The notes under the pieces were generated by a model that made no database searches, was not told the origin of the DNA, and worked only from the letters and a program-made list of their open reading frames with translations. The position numbers and the translations under genes were made by a program. A stretch of 64,000 nt of DNA from Chloroflexota bacterium (GTDB taxonomy: Bacteria > Chloroflexota > UBA11872 > VXOZ01), in assembly GCA_965221905.1 (NCBI GenBank), contig OZ244922.1, forward strand, positions 2,528,001-2,592,000, in the 5' to 3' direction. Shown here piece after piece: positions 60,088 through 64,000 of this stretch (position 1 is its first letter; every line of letters begins with the position of its first letter).

Positions 60088-61053
60088 ATGGGCGTGACCG
60101 CGAGTGTGCTCATTCCAACCTGGAACGGCAAGGAGTTGCTGCGCCCCTGTATAGATTCCCTTTCTCACCAGACATTCCGAGATTTCGAAGTCGTCGTAGC
60201 GGAGAATGGTTCCACCGACGGCACACGCGACATGCTGGAGCAAGAGTACCCCTGGGTCCGCGTCGTCGCCCTCGATCGCAACTATGGCTTTGCGCGCGGT
60301 GTGCATGCGGCATATGACGCTGCCACAGGGAACCTAATCGTGTTACTCAATAACGATACAGAAACCGCCCCTACGTGGCTTGAAGAGCTTGTGGCCGCGG
60401 CAAACAAGCATCCTGAAGCGGGATATTTTGCGTGCAAAATCCTCTTGCAGCAGGATCGCAGCCGCCTCCACTCTGCGGGTGACTATTATGGCTTCGACGG
60501 CATACCCGGCAATCGCGGTATCTGGGAGCGGGACGGTCCCTCATTTAGCGAGCGCGGGTGGGTGTTTGGCGCGCAGGGGGCAGCCTGTGCGTATCGCCGG
60601 AGCCTTCTGGATGCCGTCGGCTTCTTCGATGAAGATTTCGTATCCTATTGTGAAGACGTTGACCTCAACTGGCGGGCAAACCTTCGCGGCTACCGGTGCC
60701 TCTACGTACCCGAAGCGCACGTCTACCACCACGTCTCCGCGACCGGAGGAGGAAAGCTGGCGAGTTATTACTGCGGGCGAAACTTCATTGCCGTTGCTGT
60801 GAAGGACGTTCCAGGGCCCTTCTGGCGGCGATACTGGAAAGAAATGCTCAAACAGCAACTAGCGATCACCCTCGCGGCACTGCGGAGCTATCGAGGCGAA
60901 GCGGCGCGCGCACGATTGCGCGGACAGCTAGCGGGTCTCGCTCTCTCACCCCGCATGCTCCGCAAGCGCCGCGCCGTACAGAAGCAGATTTCAATAGATT
61001 TGGCGCAGGTAGAGAAGCTGATGGGCCCCTGGATAGTGCCTTTGGATCAGTGA
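60088..61053 (+). CDS. Glycosyltransferase family 2
   Basis: SVLIPTWNG, ENGSTDGT, LLNND and FDEDF..YCEDVDL motifs. Confidence 0.9.
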   Translation: MGVTASVLIPTWNGKELLRPCIDSLSHQTFRDFEVVVAENGSTDGTRDMLEQEYPWVRVVALDRNYGFARGVHAAYDAATGNLIVLLNNDTETAPTWLEELVAAANKHPEAGYFACKILLQQDRSRLHSAGDYYGFDGIPGNRGIWERDGPSFSERGWVFGAQGAACAYRRSLLDAVGFFDEDFVSYCEDVDLNWRANLRGYRCLYVPEAHVYHHVSATGGGKLASYYCGRNFIAVAVKDVPGPFWRRYWKEMLKQQLAITLAALRSYRGEAARARLRGQLAGLALSPRMLRKRRAVQKQISIDLAQVEKLMGPWIVPLDQ

Positions 61054-61387
61054 TTATTGAAGAGAGTGTCCCAAACGCGCACGGTACACGATATGCGCAA
61101 TCAAGAGACGTAGACTACTACGCGGAATTCAACCGGATTCGGGCACTAGGCATTTCAGGTTCAGCAGCACCATGCCAGCCACAGCGAAAACTATGAGCGC
61201 CCGCGATTGCGCCGAGAAGAGAAGGCAGCATTGAATGGAATCTCCCGGCTGCTCTCGCTCTGCATTTGAGGCTGAGAATCGGCCGTGTAGACCCTGGTTG
61301 CGCAGAGTTCGTACAATAGAACGTGAATGGACTGCTTGTTTTCAAATTGCTTCGCACTACATGTAATCATCAGGAGTGGATTCGTCA

Positions 61388-61744
61388 ATGAAATTCCTCA
61401 AGCGCTTTCTCTCCGGCCCAAGCGGCGAATCAGGTTCCGGCGCCGATCCAAACTTACTCTGGTTTTACGTGCAATGTAAGCGTTGCGGGGAGACCATTGC
61501 CGTGATGGCGCGCAAGGGATACGACCTTGTAGAAGAGTACGAGGAGTCGGGCAGCAGCGATGCACCCACCGGCTACAGTCTTTTGAAAGACGTCATGGGC
61601 CGCAGCGACACGTGCTTCCAGCACATGCGAATCGAAGTCCACTACAACACAAAGTATGAAGAGCAGAGCAGACACATCGAGGGCGGTAGCTTCATTACCG
61701 CTGATGAGTACCGCGCCGGCGCCAACGGTGATGAACAGCTCTAG
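61388..61744 (+). CDS. Small conserved hypothetical protein with CxxC motif
   Basis: RBS AGGAG; WFYVQCKRCGETI...CFQHMRIEV...IEGG. Confidence 0.7.
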   Translation: MKFLKRFLSGPSGESGSGADPNLLWFYVQCKRCGETIAVMARKGYDLVEEYEESGSSDAPTGYSLLKDVMGRSDTCFQHMRIEVHYNTKYEEQSRHIEGGSFITADEYRAGANGDEQL

Positions 61745-62014
61745 CATTTATCAGCACAGATCGTGAATATCGGTATACATGACAATTGCTCAGGGCCGCT
61801 TGCCTCAACATCCTACGTCGTGGAATTTCCCCTACCAACCTTGAGGAAATTATGGAAGTCGCCCTTTTGCATTCGAGAATGATTATCCTCCATAGATTCC
61901 AAACCGGTGCAACCACGCGCCCGATGCCTTGGAAACGCCGCAGCCTGAGGACGACGAGAGAAGGCTAGCGCATAGAACGCGGGAATCACGTACTGAAAGA
62001 GTATAGAGCCTGCA

Positions 62015-63451
62015 ATGAGCTTGGGACTACCGGCCGGTCTCTTCCGAAGTGAAGCAATTGCCCATGCCGTATGGACGAGTTTCTTTCTCCTGGTCGCGGT
62101 GCTGATAGGCGCCGTCATCGGCTGGGGGGCGGTAAGTTTATCGCCGTTTACACTGCTCTTTCTGCTGGTGGGACTCATTGGAAGCATTGCCGTGGCCTTC
62201 TCCCCCGGCTTGGCAATTATCGGGCTGATGGCGATAGTGTGGCTGCTGCCATTCGGCACCTTGCCGTTCCGCATTGGCTTTCGATTCAGTCTTCTCGATC
62301 TAGCAACGGGGGCTCTATTGCTCCTCTTTACGTGGCAGGTATGCACCCATCGCCAGCGCATACCGGTTCGTCCCGCCATTATCGCCGTTACACTCTACGC
62401 TATATTGCTCATAGTTTCTGCAGGTAACGGCCTGCGGTTCGGTGTGACCGAGGACGCACTTACGCTCTCAACAAAACTGGTCTCAAGTGCCTTATTGTTC
62501 GTGATGCTCACCGCCTGGCTGCAAACAGCCGGCGGCATACGGCGCGCGGCAGCGTGGTTTCTTGCATTTGCGGCGGGGGAGGCCCTCATTGGGGTGGCGC
62601 TTTACTTCTTACCCGCGGGCCACACTATTGGAATACTCTCGCGATTGGGGCGCATAGGCTATCCGGTGGGAGGCAGTGTGCTACGGTACATTGCCGACAC
62701 GCCGTTGCTCCGCGCTACGGGAACAAGCATCGATCCCAATCTGCTCGGTGGCGCTTTGGTTTTCGCAATTGCCTTCGGGTTTGCGCTTTGGGCACGTCAA
62801 CCAAGGCGCTGGTGGCTGCTCGGCATGCTGGGCCTCTTTCTGCTGTGCCTCCTCCTCACGCGATCACGCGCTGCCTTGCTTGGGAGTGGCGCGGCCATTA
62901 TCGCTCTCACAATTCTGCGCTACCGCGCGCTGCTGTGGCTTTACCCACTCGGCGGACTGGCAATCGTCGCTTTACCGCAAACTCGCGCCATGCTCATGCA
63001 TCTGTTGTCCGGTTTTCGTGCACAGGATCGCGCGGCGGCGATGCGGTTGGACGAATACGCAAAGTCACTCCAACTCATCCGAGAGCACCCTTGGATTGGT
63101 GTGGGATTTGGGCCCCCGCCTACCTTAGACACCTTCCTTGGTGTCTCAAGTATTTACCTGCAGCTCGCCGAATTTGGTGGGCTGCTCACGCTCGCTGCCT
63201 TCGGCCTGGCTGTCGGAGCGGCACTCGCCGCCATGTGGCAAGGATGGCGCAAGGGTGTGCCGCCTGAAACTGAGTGGGTAGTACTTGGCGCCGGTGCCGG
63301 ACTGCTTGGCGTGCTTGTAACAGGACTATTCGATCATTACTACGTATCCCTCCCTCACATGGCGACGATGTTCTGGTTTGTTGCCGGGATTGGCGTCGCT
63401 GCGGCTTGGGTACGGCCCGGCCCAGAGTACACTGCCGGCGATCTACCATGA
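62015..63451 (+). CDS. O-antigen ligase/Wzy-like membrane protein
   Basis: Multiple TM helices; RATGTSIDPN, LTRSRAA and HPWIGVGFG motifs. Confidence 0.85.
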   Translation: MSLGLPAGLFRSEAIAHAVWTSFFLLVAVLIGAVIGWGAVSLSPFTLLFLLVGLIGSIAVAFSPGLAIIGLMAIVWLLPFGTLPFRIGFRFSLLDLATGALLLLFTWQVCTHRQRIPVRPAIIAVTLYAILLIVSAGNGLRFGVTEDALTLSTKLVSSALLFVMLTAWLQTAGGIRRAAAWFLAFAAGEALIGVALYFLPAGHTIGILSRLGRIGYPVGGSVLRYIADTPLLRATGTSIDPNLLGGALVFAIAFGFALWARQPRRWWLLGMLGLFLLCLLLTRSRAALLGSGAAIIALTILRYRALLWLYPLGGLAIVALPQTRAMLMHLLSGFRAQDRAAAMRLDEYAKSLQLIREHPWIGVGFGPPPTLDTFLGVSSIYLQLAEFGGLLTLAAFGLAVGAALAAMWQGWRKGVPPETEWVVLGAGAGLLGVLVTGLFDHYYVSLPHMATMFWFVAGIGVAAAWVRPGPEYTAGDLP

Positions 63452-63536
63452 TGCTATGATTGATTCAGGATCTGAACTTTTCCGGCTTCCCAAACCCCCA
63501 TGTAGAAAGCAAAGTCGCGCCCGAGACTAGCAACGT

Positions 63537-64000
63537 ATGAAGATTGGTATCGATTGTCGCCTGCACTACTACAACCGCACGGGGATCGGCCGCTATATTC
63601 ACAATCTCATTAGGGAATTCCCGCAGTGCACCCCGGCCGACGTGGAGCTCGTCTTGCTTCAGAGTAGACGGGAGCGCGGGGCAATCGCCCAAGAGCCGTC
63701 AGTGCGTTGCCGCAAGGTCGTCACCCCGGCCCACCACCCCCGGGAAAAATGGCTCCTGGCAATGGAAGTCGCCGCCAAAAGGGTTGATGTACTCCATAGC
63801 CCCGACCACATTGCACCACGCCGGTTTGGCTGGCAGAGCGTAGTGACAATACTCGACCTCGCCTTTCTGGCGCACCCGGAAGCCTATAGCGCTGCAAGCC
63901 TTCTCTATTACACCCAGGTATTCCGCTCTCTCTCTCACGCGGCGCGGGTGATTACGATTTCGGATTTCACGCGGGATGAAGTTCTCAATCGTGTTTCCAT
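63537..64000 (+). CDS. Glycosyltransferase family 4, 3'-truncated by window edge
   Basis: Own translation gives MKIGIDCRLHYYNRTGIGRYIHNL...DVLHSPDH...VVTILDLAF; frame open to the end. Confidence 0.85.
   Translation, partial: MKIGIDCRLHYYNRTGIGRYIHNLIREFPQCTPADVELVLLQSRRERGAIAQEPSVRCRKVVTPAHHPREKWLLAMEVAAKRVDVLHSPDHIAPRRFGWQSVVTILDLAFLAHPEAYSAASLLYYTQVFRSLSHAARVITISDFTRDEVLNRVS

Overview
GC-rich bacterial chromosomal segment, probably from Chloroflexota (inferred from gene content and conserved hypothetical proteins, not verified). It is mostly housekeeping: an Fe3+ ABC transporter end, murG, rsmD-NUDIX-recG-fakA-rpmB, nusB-accC-fabG-fabD-rpmF-yceD-coaD, a PyrR-attenuated pyrR-pyrB-pyrC-carA-carB-pyrK operon, a stand-alone type IIA topoisomerase B subunit, icd-darA-murT-gatD and cell-envelope glycosyltransferases. 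Accessory parts are (i) a two-gene insert between rpmB and nusB, encoding a nucleoside-deoxyribosyltransferase-like fusion protein (candidate defence effector) followed by a predicted multi-hairpin element, and (ii) a sugar/sulfate-ester catabolic region with a sulfatase, Gfo/Idh/MocA oxidoreductases and tandem-duplicated solute-binding lipoproteins. Region (ii) carries a perfect 15 x 26-bp spacer-less tandem array of a REP-like hairpin; three related single copies show compensatory stem changes. Also seen: a frameshifted GT2 gene, two enzymes with degenerate active-site motifs, and candidate operators and structured RNAs. No tRNA, rRNA, CRISPR array, transposase or integrase was recognised. 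All calls come from reading motifs by eye; no searches or folding programs were run, and many start codons are approximate.
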